Below, piece after piece: positions 56,467 through 64,000 of a stretch of 64,000 nucleotides of DNA. The stretch is from Bdellovibrionales bacterium (GTDB taxonomy: Bacteria; Bdellovibrionota; UBA1018; CAIMNF01), in NCBI GenBank assembly GCA_947372355.1, contig CANBTI010000005.1, positions 103 to 64,102 of the forward strand. Reading direction: 5' to 3'. The notes under the pieces are model-generated. The model ran no database searches and had not been told where the DNA came from. It worked only from the letters and a program-made list of their open reading frames with translations. A program made the translations under genes and the position numbers. Positions within the stretch are counted from its first letter, which is position 1. Every line of letters begins with the position of its first letter.

Positions 56467-57997
56467 ATATATCTTACCCACTCTCTTCATTGGATTGAAT
56501 GCTCATGCCATAAATAATGATCCGTGTAGCTTGCAAAGTTTAGATGAATTTAGAGCTGCCGCTCAAATGCAAAATCCAAAAACGGAAAGTTTATACAAAA
56601 ACATTAAAGATTGCGGTGCGCTCAGAAGTGAAGTTTTAATTTGGATGAGTTATTACGATCGAACGGTAGGAGGTAACTCTACAAGGTTGCTTGAAAACGA
56701 TTCTGAATCGAGCGATGCCCTCAGCGAGAGAGATGCACTCATTGCAAAAGCAAATCGAAATCTATACCAACCTCTAGAAGAAGTCGTTTATAATGAATCC
56801 AGCTCATACCATCATGATGCAGAGGCAATTCTTGTTTTAGCCAGAGCATTTACCCGAGGTTCAGAATTTACAAAAGCGCGTGAGTGCTATTTAAATTACT
56901 TAAAGTTAAAGCCTGATGATACTGAAATCGAAGTTGAGTATGCATATACATTTTTATGGGCCGGTGACACCAAAAACGCCGAAAAAAATCTAAAAGATCT
57001 TGAAATCAATTCTAAAAATGCCGAACAATCACGAGCAGCAAGAGAAGGCCTTAAAAGATTAAAACTAATGGGGCATCCAGCTTTTTCAGATATTATTTCT
57101 AGGCTAGAACATTTCAGTGTTGGACTTGAACGATACAATAATAACTTTTTTAATTTCTCTAGAACTTCTACCCTCCTCGAATATGGAAATAAAGGGTGGT
57201 TACTATTAGGATCTGCAGATTTTTTAAATTCTTCTCAATATTCTAATGCAGGTGGAGGTGGGCTCACCGGTAGTAAAAGTTTCGCACTCTCCCCTACGGT
57301 TTCAAGCTATGTAAAATTAGGATTTTTTAGTGCTGGAAAAGGCGGAGTTCCGGTTTTCCATTTGAATGTAAAAAAGGAAACTAAATCGGGATTAATTCCT
57401 GGAATTGGCTATTACAATGAAGCACTCGCTCATGATGTGCCCCTTCCATCCAGTAATTTGAATTGGTCACGTTCAGCCTTTTATGGAAGATTACAATTCA
57501 AACAATGGCTTGATTATAGAATTGAGTTTAGATCACTTGGATCTGGAACAGGTGGAACCACATCTACTGATCATCAAGTGCACATTAATATTCCAATTAA
57601 AGCAAATGAAGATGGTAGTCACCCATTAGAACTTTATATTTTAGCCGAGAATGAAGCATTCACCAAGGCAAGTACCTTTGTATATTCTCCGAATAGCTAC
57701 ACCGCACTCAAGGGTGGTTTACTCTATCAAGATCGCATGAACGATGAAATGGATTTAAAATTAAATCTTGAATATGGTCCATTTTATGAATCTGCAGCAA
57801 AGACTTCAGCACTTACTTATGGAAGCGCTGCTAACCTTTTGGGCATCGGCGGAGCATTCACTTACAAACTTGAACCGGATTTATTTGCCAATTTTAAATT
57901 CAGATATGATCGCACCCAATCCGATGAAGCAGGAACGACTTATGCTGCAACGGTTTTTGGATTAAATGTAACTTGGCTACTACAGGATGAACCATGA
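56306..57997 (+). CDS. TPR-repeat + C-terminal beta-barrel outer-membrane export protein (PgaA/PelB/BcsC-like); start ambiguous
   Basis: Signal-like KYILPTLFIGLNAHA, TPR-like helices (AEAILVLARAFTRGSEFTKARECYLNYLKLKPDD...), then about 330 aa of amphipathic beta-strands ending ...FGLNVTWLLQDEP. The first 160 nt overlap the GH18-like gene in another frame. Confidence 0.55.
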   Translation: MSFKMNQFIAKKKKLSVLKILNPFFRKKLPSRNWEYTLLQSGEPAANYPISIVKYILPTLFIGLNAHAINNDPCSLQSLDEFRAAAQMQNPKTESLYKNIKDCGALRSEVLIWMSYYDRTVGGNSTRLLENDSESSDALSERDALIAKANRNLYQPLEEVVYNESSSYHHDAEAILVLARAFTRGSEFTKARECYLNYLKLKPDDTEIEVEYAYTFLWAGDTKNAEKNLKDLEINSKNAEQSRAAREGLKRLKLMGHPAFSDIISRLEHFSVGLERYNNNFFNFSRTSTLLEYGNKGWLLLGSADFLNSSQYSNAGGGGLTGSKSFALSPTVSSYVKLGFFSAGKGGVPVFHLNVKKETKSGLIPGIGYYNEALAHDVPLPSSNLNWSRSAFYGRLQFKQWLDYRIEFRSLGSGTGGTTSTDHQVHINIPIKANEDGSHPLELYILAENEAFTKASTFVYSPNSYTALKGGLLYQDRMNDEMDLKLNLEYGPFYESAAKTSALTYGSAANLLGIGGAFTYKLEPDLFANFKFRYDRTQSDEAGTTYAATVFGLNVTWLLQDEP

Positions 57998-59283
57998 TCG
58001 TTAGAATGTTCATTGCGCTTTTTTTACTATTTGGGACCAGTATATTTTTTGATCCAGCAAAGATTCCACGTTTATCCACTACGGGATTCCTTGGATTCAT
58101 TAACTTTGGAATTATTTTTTATATTTTAATTTTAGCACTCAGGCATTTTGTCATGCTTTTTTTCTCAGCGCTTGAAACTGCACGCAGAGAAGGATTGCCA
58201 CAACCAAATTTCTTTCCTCCGATTTCGATTATCGTTCCTGCCTATAATGAGGGTGTTGTGATTCAAAGAACGATTGAACAACTGGCGCACATCAAATACC
58301 CAGTTTTTGAAATAATAGTTGTGGATGATGGAAGTAAAGATAACACTTACGATTTAGCTGTGGAAACTGCCAAATCGCATTCGCAAACGAGGGTATTAAC
58401 CAAGCCAAACAGCGGCAAAGCCAATTCTTTAAATTTTGGAATTAAAGAAGCTCGTTATGATTATGTGTTTTGTATGGATGCAGATTCCATCGTGCATGTA
58501 AACGCGCTCAGCATGGGTGCAAGACACCTCGTCGATCCATATGTTGTTGCAGTTGCAGGCTCAGTACTAGTACTCAATACCAACTCCATTGTTGGAAAAT
58601 TCCAAACACTTGAATATTTAACCGGGTTAAATTTTTATAAAGCAGCACAAAGTTTTTTTGGTCTAGTGATGATTATTCCAGGTCCTTCAGGATTATTTAG
58701 GAAATCTGCTTTGAACGCAATCGGCGGTTATGAAACAGATACTTTTGCAGAAGATTGCGATGTTACCCTTCGATTACTCATGAATAATGGGCGCGTGGTA
58801 TTTGAACCCGACATGGAAGTGAGAACGGAGGTTCCTGCTGATTTTTTACAATTAATTAAGCAACGATACCGTTGGAATCGCGGAATTCTTCAAGCAACTC
58901 GAAAACACATTGGCAAAATTTTTACATTTTATCAAGATCCAGCTTCAGCTGTAGTGGTTTCCTATATGTTTGTTGAATCAGTAATGTTACCCATCACTAA
59001 TATTTTCATCGGCGTATTATCTTTGTTTTACGTTTTTTACGCCATGGATTTTACGGTTGCTTCTTTGTGGCTGGTTCAACTCACGTTGATGGATCTTGCT
59101 GTAGTCGTGATGACCCTTTGGGATCAACGCTGGAGTTTAAATCTTTTATTTTATGCATTTTTCAATCGTTTTACTTATGCCTTCTTTCAAGACATTGTAA
59201 AAGTATTCTCCATGCTAGAGGAGTTTGCCGGAATTAGAATGAACTGGGGAAAATTAGATAGAACTGGGGTTTCTGGTTCATGA
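57994..59283 (+). CDS. Family-2 processive beta-glycosyltransferase (PgaC/IcaA/NodC/BcsA-like synthase)
   Basis: 2 N-terminal + 3-4 C-terminal TM helices; VVDDGSKDNT, FCMDADSIV (DxD), QRYRWNRG (QxxRW at 58861-58875). Confidence 0.85.
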   Translation: MIVRMFIALFLLFGTSIFFDPAKIPRLSTTGFLGFINFGIIFYILILALRHFVMLFFSALETARREGLPQPNFFPPISIIVPAYNEGVVIQRTIEQLAHIKYPVFEIIVVDDGSKDNTYDLAVETAKSHSQTRVLTKPNSGKANSLNFGIKEARYDYVFCMDADSIVHVNALSMGARHLVDPYVVAVAGSVLVLNTNSIVGKFQTLEYLTGLNFYKAAQSFFGLVMIIPGPSGLFRKSALNAIGGYETDTFAEDCDVTLRLLMNNGRVVFEPDMEVRTEVPADFLQLIKQRYRWNRGILQATRKHIGKIFTFYQDPASAVVVSYMFVESVMLPITNIFIGVLSLFYVFYAMDFTVASLWLVQLTLMDLAVVVMTLWDQRWSLNLLFYAFFNRFTYAFFQDIVKVFSMLEEFAGIRMNWGKLDRTGVSGS

Positions 59284-62210
59284 CACTTTTTGATGCAATC
59301 TTAACCTTGATTACGATTTTATCCGCATTCACTGTTATCCATTTCTGCTATAAACAACGAAAGCTAAAATACGCTAAACTAGGAATGGCAATCGGAATCC
59401 TTTCAATCCTTTATTGTGCTAATCCAATTTTGAGTTGGTATAAGATGAAGAATCTTAAATACTCCGGTCTGAATGAATCGGAGACTCAATCCGCATCGGG
59501 CGTTCCAATGGCACACGGGATTCCCACTCGTTGGACAGGTGAAGCCCTTTTGTTTGATCTCACCGTTGCTGGTAAATCGATTCAAAATTATATTGATGAA
59601 GCAGGACAAAAAAATAAACTTTTAATCTTTAGTGCAGAGAATGGAATTTTACCTGAATACCAAGCTTGGGCAGAAAAGGAATTTGGTAAAATTTTACCTG
59701 TAGATTCAGAAATAAATAATGTATGTTTTCGTCGTCAACCTGAAGTTCCTTATGCAAGTGGTATTTGTAGAGAGTTTAAAGCACGTTATTCACTTGTTCC
59801 TTCAGCTTCTGCATATGCAATCAGCTCAGATGGGAAAAATTCCTTTATTCACTTAAAACAGTCTGGTTTATCTCGATATGGAATTACTACTATTTCATTA
59901 GATGGTAGTCCTGAAACTTTGTGTTTATCTGAACTATCTAAAGGATCTGCCTGTGCTGGAGTAGAAATTTTGCCAGATGGTGCACTTTCAGTTTTATTTT
60001 TAGAAGCAACCGATCCAATCCAAAAACATGTAATGGAAGAATTTAAAGTTCCAGATATGAGTTTGGGAGAACTTCATTTGCAAAACTCCGATCATCAATT
60101 TAACTGTGGGGGGTTTGATTTAAAGAACAACCTCACCACCATTACCCATACTTCTTTAAAAACCAGACTCAGTCAAATCAACAGTGAAAATGAACTCACT
60201 GAAGTGATTCAAGATCTGAACTCTCACCTGCCTTGTCCTGGCCCGATCTCTCTTGAAGTTCCTGTTTTTCTAAATAGGAAACTAGAGCCAACCACTCGTT
60301 CATTTCTCACTCAGGTTCTTGAAAAACCATTCTGGGTTACTCCTCCAGCGAGTTATTTTGGAAGAAAACAAAAAATCGAAAAAACCGAACTTTTTCAAGA
60401 TGGATATAAATTGGTAGTTAAATCTCCAATCGAAATTAAAAACTTTGCAATTACCATCATGAGTCCCGTTACTTTTGATGAGGAGATCCTTCATTTCATT
60501 AAGCCCTCAAACATCAATGATTTTAAAATTTACAGAATCGGCGCCACTACCTTTAGGCTAGTTTCAAACCTAGTGAAGGATCTTGATTTTTCAGTAGATA
60601 CTGCTCCACTGCTTCGAGGAACTAGTGCCAGTAACGCATCTACCGTTTCAGACTGGACTGGATTTAATCGATCAATGTTGTTTGCTCTTTCTTTGGCTCT
60701 CATCATCAGTTGGCTTCAAGGATTTGCAACAGCACGCACAGAAAAACAGGTCTTTTTCCCCATGACCTTCTTTTATATTTGCTTCATTGGTTTACTTTGG
60801 TTTTTCTTAAGCAGTCGCGCTTCTTACTTAGGAGATCAAGGGGTTGCAAACTTAACTGAAGAGAGATTATCTGATCCACAATATATTACCGTGAGAGATT
60901 GGAATGAAAATTGGTGGAAAAAAGATCTTGAGGATCAAGAAGTGCATCAAGCAAGCAGTCAATCTAATAATGCCTCATGGAGAGCGGAAGTTGAACTTGC
61001 CAGAAAAGCTTCAAATTCAAATATTCCAACTGCAGAAGCAATTAAGTTTCTTGATTTAAATCCAAGTGCTAATCCAAAATATTTATCACAAGTGAGAATT
61101 CAAGTATGGGATGCACCTGAAGTTCGCAATTGGTACTTTAGAAAATCACCTTCGTACGCAAGCGCTCTTACGGCTTGGCAATCCTTACTTCAATTTCCAG
61201 AAATCAAGGGCGAAATTGATTCAAGCGCAACTCTAGATTTTAATCACATCAATCATAATACAATCATTGTAGTTCTTGATTATGCACTTCTTTCTGAATC
61301 AAATCAAAAAGCACTCAATGATTGGATCAGTAATGGAGGCACAGCCGTATTCCATACAGCGCTCGACTCTGCACTGAGTAAGGATCCTGAATTATTTCAA
61401 AAGAAAAATTACTCAAAAATTCCAGATGCGTTTGGAGTACCTCTAGAAATTAATCGAACTCACTTCATACAAAGTAAAACCGGAGATTGGTTCAATATTA
61501 AAAAAATTGGTAGTGGAAGAAAAGTGTTTGCAGGGGTTGTTCCATACCAAACAAACTCACTTCAATTGTTAAAGGAACTATTACACGGATTAAATCGATC
61601 AAGCGTGGTCGTGAATTCATTTCATGATGATGGCTGCCACACCGCTATTTTTGCAGAACCTTATGGTGCAAGTTCTGAAACTTTGCGAAGCTTTTCGAAT
61701 CACTTAAAAGCTACTGGTGTAAATATTCAATGGGCTATTTCTGCGGAAAGTTTTGCTAGAATGGCCCCAGAGTGGAAAAATACATTTACCCCTCAAAACA
61801 TAGCCTTTTTAGATGATGGAAAGCCGATCATGCGCGCATTCTCCACAGAACTTTATCAACGGTTCTTTAAAGTAACCAGTAAACCAGTATTCATAACGAT
61901 TAAGGATGAAAAACCAAACTTGATTGGACCCGAGGCGTTGTTAGTGAGAGCGGAAGTTCTTGAATCGGTTGATCTTTGGGAGTCTAGCTGCATTACAGGA
62001 GTTTCTCGTCCTAGACTCCTCACTTCAAACGAAATCAAAAACTCAATTGGAATTTGGCAAAACAAGATTTCCTCTTTAAAAACATTCCATTTTCAAACTG
62101 GAATTCAACTTTTAGATAATGCACCACTTTTATCATCTCCCGGAAAACGTAAGTGGATTAGTAATGAATCGAACCCCATGAAGTACGCCCCCGAAAGGAC
62201 CTCACCATGA
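59280..62210 (+). CDS. 976-aa multi-pass membrane protein of EPS-type locus (unknown; C-terminal region with possible class-I glutamine-amidotransferase-like fold)
   Basis: TM helices at N-terminus and around aa 470-520; ATGA-coupled to GT2 gene; C-term IIVVLDYALLSESNQKALNDWISNGGTAVF. Confidence 0.55.
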   Translation: MTLFDAILTLITILSAFTVIHFCYKQRKLKYAKLGMAIGILSILYCANPILSWYKMKNLKYSGLNESETQSASGVPMAHGIPTRWTGEALLFDLTVAGKSIQNYIDEAGQKNKLLIFSAENGILPEYQAWAEKEFGKILPVDSEINNVCFRRQPEVPYASGICREFKARYSLVPSASAYAISSDGKNSFIHLKQSGLSRYGITTISLDGSPETLCLSELSKGSACAGVEILPDGALSVLFLEATDPIQKHVMEEFKVPDMSLGELHLQNSDHQFNCGGFDLKNNLTTITHTSLKTRLSQINSENELTEVIQDLNSHLPCPGPISLEVPVFLNRKLEPTTRSFLTQVLEKPFWVTPPASYFGRKQKIEKTELFQDGYKLVVKSPIEIKNFAITIMSPVTFDEEILHFIKPSNINDFKIYRIGATTFRLVSNLVKDLDFSVDTAPLLRGTSASNASTVSDWTGFNRSMLFALSLALIISWLQGFATARTEKQVFFPMTFFYICFIGLLWFFLSSRASYLGDQGVANLTEERLSDPQYITVRDWNENWWKKDLEDQEVHQASSQSNNASWRAEVELARKASNSNIPTAEAIKFLDLNPSANPKYLSQVRIQVWDAPEVRNWYFRKSPSYASALTAWQSLLQFPEIKGEIDSSATLDFNHINHNTIIVVLDYALLSESNQKALNDWISNGGTAVFHTALDSALSKDPELFQKKNYSKIPDAFGVPLEINRTHFIQSKTGDWFNIKKIGSGRKVFAGVVPYQTNSLQLLKELLHGLNRSSVVVNSFHDDGCHTAIFAEPYGASSETLRSFSNHLKATGVNIQWAISAESFARMAPEWKNTFTPQNIAFLDDGKPIMRAFSTELYQRFFKVTSKPVFITIKDEKPNLIGPEALLVRAEVLESVDLWESSCITGVSRPRLLTSNEIKNSIGIWQNKISSLKTFHFQTGIQLLDNAPLLSSPGKRKWISNESNPMKYAPERTSP

Positions 62211-63583
62211 GTAACCCATTTCACTGGAATCATCGAAGTTTAGATCAGGTGTGTGAAAAACTACAAGATTTTAGCACTTTGCTTTTGAGTGCAAAAGATG
62301 CTGCCGATCTCGATACACTTTGGAAATTAGCAAAAGATCGCTTATATCCCAATATTTTAAATGCTTCGCTTCAAACATATATTTTTGATGAGCGAAATAT
62401 GGATATTCAGGAATTAAAATCGATTAACGTGAAAACTGCAGATGTAATCTTATTTAGAAAGAAAAGTGCTGGTGGCTCTTGGGATCAAACCATCTTAAAA
62501 GATCTAGCAGAACTCCCAGGTGCGGTGCTGGCATTTTCAGAAACCACACCCCTAAATTGGAATACTCTATTTGATATCGTTTTAGAACTGAAAGATCCCA
62601 TTTGTAGAATACATAGAAAAAATGATCCTAAGCATGAGGAAGTTGCTTTTACGTTTACTGAAAAGAAGGCTACCACCACTACTCAATCGTTAAGTGAAAA
62701 GGCCAAAGGAATTGTTTACTTTCTAGATGTAGATCCAACTCTTCAAAAAAGTATCACTCGTGGAATTGCTTTCGCAAATTTAGAAGTGCATTCCATTGAT
62801 CAGGATCAATCCATTCCTAGCTTTTCCCAAGGTGATTTTTTAATTACGGATCTAGCAGAAGATCACCCTAAACTTGTAGAATGTTTTGAACTTGCCAGAT
62901 CAAACTCCGTTCCGGTGATTGTGATCGGTAAAAAACTGAAACGAGTTGAAGATCGACTCCGGTTGTATGATTGGGGATCCACTTTTATACTACCTAAGGA
63001 TGCCTCTAACGCTGAACAAATTGCATCGATCACTTCCATTTTGAAGTTTTCTGGCCATAATCAAGTTTCATCCGTATTTGCGATGGATGAGTGGGATATT
63101 GAACTTCAACGCCTTTCTCAAAAAGTAAAAAGAGATCTCTCCTGGAACGAGAACCAAACACCAGAATTGATCAATTACTATAAAGCGTTTGTTTCTCACT
63201 TAATCAAACGCTCCCAACATTCAGGCACACCATGCGGAGTGATTAGAATCCCTCTGCCAGATCTCTCCGCAATTGCCGCTGAAAAGGCATCTTGGATTAA
63301 TTTAATGCGTAGAACACTTTTGCAAAGCCTAATCGCTACCGTAAGACAAAGAGACATTACCTTTGTATTCGAAGATCACTTGGTTATTATTTCTGGCGAT
63401 CTTTCTCCATTAGGATCTACGTACGTGGTGAATCGAATTCAAGCACAATTAAAATCTTTGGGTGAAACTCCAGCTAAAGTTGAACGACTTTCATTCATTC
63501 CAGAAAATTATCAAAGAAATGGGGAAGCTGAAGAATTATTAAAAAAAGCGGTCTCCAAATTCTTCGGGAATGAAGGTACATGA
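62207..63583 (+). CDS. Cytoplasmic protein with C-terminal degenerate GGDEF-like domain retaining an RxxD I-site (candidate c-di-GMP receptor, PelD-like logic)
   Basis: VRQRD-ITFVF-EDHLV: RxxD (63344-63355) followed 5 residues later by the position of GG(D/E)EF, which reads EDHLV; flanking segments (GVIRIPLPDLSAI..., STYVVNRIQAQL) fit GGDEF secondary-structure pattern. Confidence 0.45.
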   Translation: MSNPFHWNHRSLDQVCEKLQDFSTLLLSAKDAADLDTLWKLAKDRLYPNILNASLQTYIFDERNMDIQELKSINVKTADVILFRKKSAGGSWDQTILKDLAELPGAVLAFSETTPLNWNTLFDIVLELKDPICRIHRKNDPKHEEVAFTFTEKKATTTTQSLSEKAKGIVYFLDVDPTLQKSITRGIAFANLEVHSIDQDQSIPSFSQGDFLITDLAEDHPKLVECFELARSNSVPVIVIGKKLKRVEDRLRLYDWGSTFILPKDASNAEQIASITSILKFSGHNQVSSVFAMDEWDIELQRLSQKVKRDLSWNENQTPELINYYKAFVSHLIKRSQHSGTPCGVIRIPLPDLSAIAAEKASWINLMRRTLLQSLIATVRQRDITFVFEDHLVIISGDLSPLGSTYVVNRIQAQLKSLGETPAKVERLSFIPENYQRNGEAEELLKKAVSKFFGNEGT

Positions 63584-64000
63584 AGTTTTACTTGTTTCTC
63601 TCGAATCTGCTTTTTGGGATCACCCTACTCACCTTCGCGGTGGCAGTGAGCCACTTCCTGGGAATTATTTTAATTAAGCGTTTACCGCACATGCCGATAG
63701 CAGTAAAAAAACAATTCCGTTTTCTACTTCTTTTTGCATTCATATCCATCAGTATGTTTCTATTCTTTGGTAAATTGATAGGAGTAGGTGCGCATTCTTT
63801 GCGTTTTGCTGATGAAGCAAGAATTACCGAAGGCTTAGTTCCCAGACTCATTCAGTCTCAAGTTGCCAAAGAATCCAGTTTCGTTGAAACTCCAATCTCT
63901 TTAGAGCAAAGCATCACATTATTTAATCCAGAAGTTGAAAGTGAATCTGAAAAATACTCCTCACTTGGATTATCGATGCGTTTTATTTCCAGTGCTAAAG
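63580..64000 (+). CDS. Membrane protein, 5' portion (continues beyond window end)
   Basis: ATG 63580 overlaps upstream stop (ATGA); open frame to window end; two TM helices (LFLSNLLFGITLLTFAVAVSHFLGIILI; LLLFAFISISMFLFFG). It is absent from the ORF track because it is truncated, and the minus-strand ORF 63588..63851 is its antisense. Confidence 0.5.
   Translation, partial: MKFYLFLSNLLFGITLLTFAVAVSHFLGIILIKRLPHMPIAVKKQFRFLLLFAFISISMFLFFGKLIGVGAHSLRFADEARITEGLVPRLIQSQVAKESSFVETPISLEQSITLFNPEVESESEKYSSLGLSMRFISSAK

Noticed and set aside
63588-63851. ORF 63588..63851(-)
   Set aside because: Antisense to a better-supported plus-strand membrane-protein ORF that is ATGA-coupled to the upstream gene and runs to the window end.
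1-64000. Mobile elements, integrases, tRNA/rRNA genes, CRISPR arrays
   Set aside because: In a partial by-eye reading I did not recognise transposase/integrase-like ORFs, tRNA T-loop consensus or cloverleaf candidates, or spaced direct repeats; a formal scan (tRNAscan/ISfinder/CRISPR finder) was not possible.

Overview
This is an AT-rich (roughly 36-38% GC by eye) bacterial chromosomal window with about 60 genes. Its gene content is typical of a Gram-negative bacterium (OmpA, Mla/MCE, LepB, OM beta-barrels, sigma-54 activators), and I did not recognise IS elements, integrases, tRNA/rRNA genes or CRISPR arrays in the regions examined. No residue-level check was possible for 5050..5919, 6017..7009, 23629..24663 and 50445..51104, so the confidences given for those four calls are on the generous side.

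Gene map:
- 1..1121: M16 zinc peptidase, truncated at the window start, divergent from the next gene.
- 1.1-4.9 kb: rpoH-like sigma factor, rpsO, pnp (with a structured leader), then an OM-type secreted protein.
- 7-13.4 kb: a translationally coupled operon tmk-holB-mlaF1-mlaF2-mlaE1-mlaE2-mlaD-lepB.
- 13.4-23.6 kb: convergent ompA-like/glpD/aspS, then sucA-sucB-lpdA.
- 23.6-29.3 kb: secreted hydrolases (transglutaminase-like, M14 carboxypeptidase, phosphoesterase), a CBS protein and an orphan UDP-GlcNAc 2-epimerase.
- 29-44 kb: a dense signalling island. It holds a tandem-USP protein and an NtrC-type sigma-54 activator with a cytoplasmic HK. It also has Hsp20, an Hpt protein, six single-domain receivers, a DAC (diadenylate-cyclase-like) protein, a PAS-GAF protein, patatin, a PRTase/alpha-beta-hydrolase fusion and two paralogous Thr-repeat membrane proteins.
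- 44-53.7 kb: pfkA, an orphan amino-acid ABC ATPase, dprA, a membrane HK paired with an NtrC-like regulator lacking GAFTGA and HTH, a ParA/MinD-like ATPase with a J-like/RodZ-HTH protein, and rluD.
- 53.8 kb to the window end: a lipoprotein divergent from a synthase-dependent exopolysaccharide-type locus. The locus has a GH18-like hydrolase, TPR/beta-barrel porin, GT2 synthase with QxxRW, a 976-aa membrane protein, a degenerate GGDEF/I-site c-di-GMP receptor candidate and a further membrane protein.

Most interesting observations:
(i) At least nine well-placed -24/-12 (RpoN) promoter matches lie in front of transcription units in the island and in front of the lipoprotein, which argues for an extensive sigma-54 regulon.
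(ii) A REC-HK pair and the patatin gene are disrupted by an in-frame TGA and by homopolymer (A8, T8) frameshifts.
(iii) A divergent DAC domain protein (RHR->RHT) carries a zinc ribbon.
(iv) A receiver has Glu at the phospho-acceptor position.
(v) The Mla system has two complementary-degenerate ATPases and two permeases.
(vi) The EPS-like locus has a PelD-like c-di-GMP receptor candidate.
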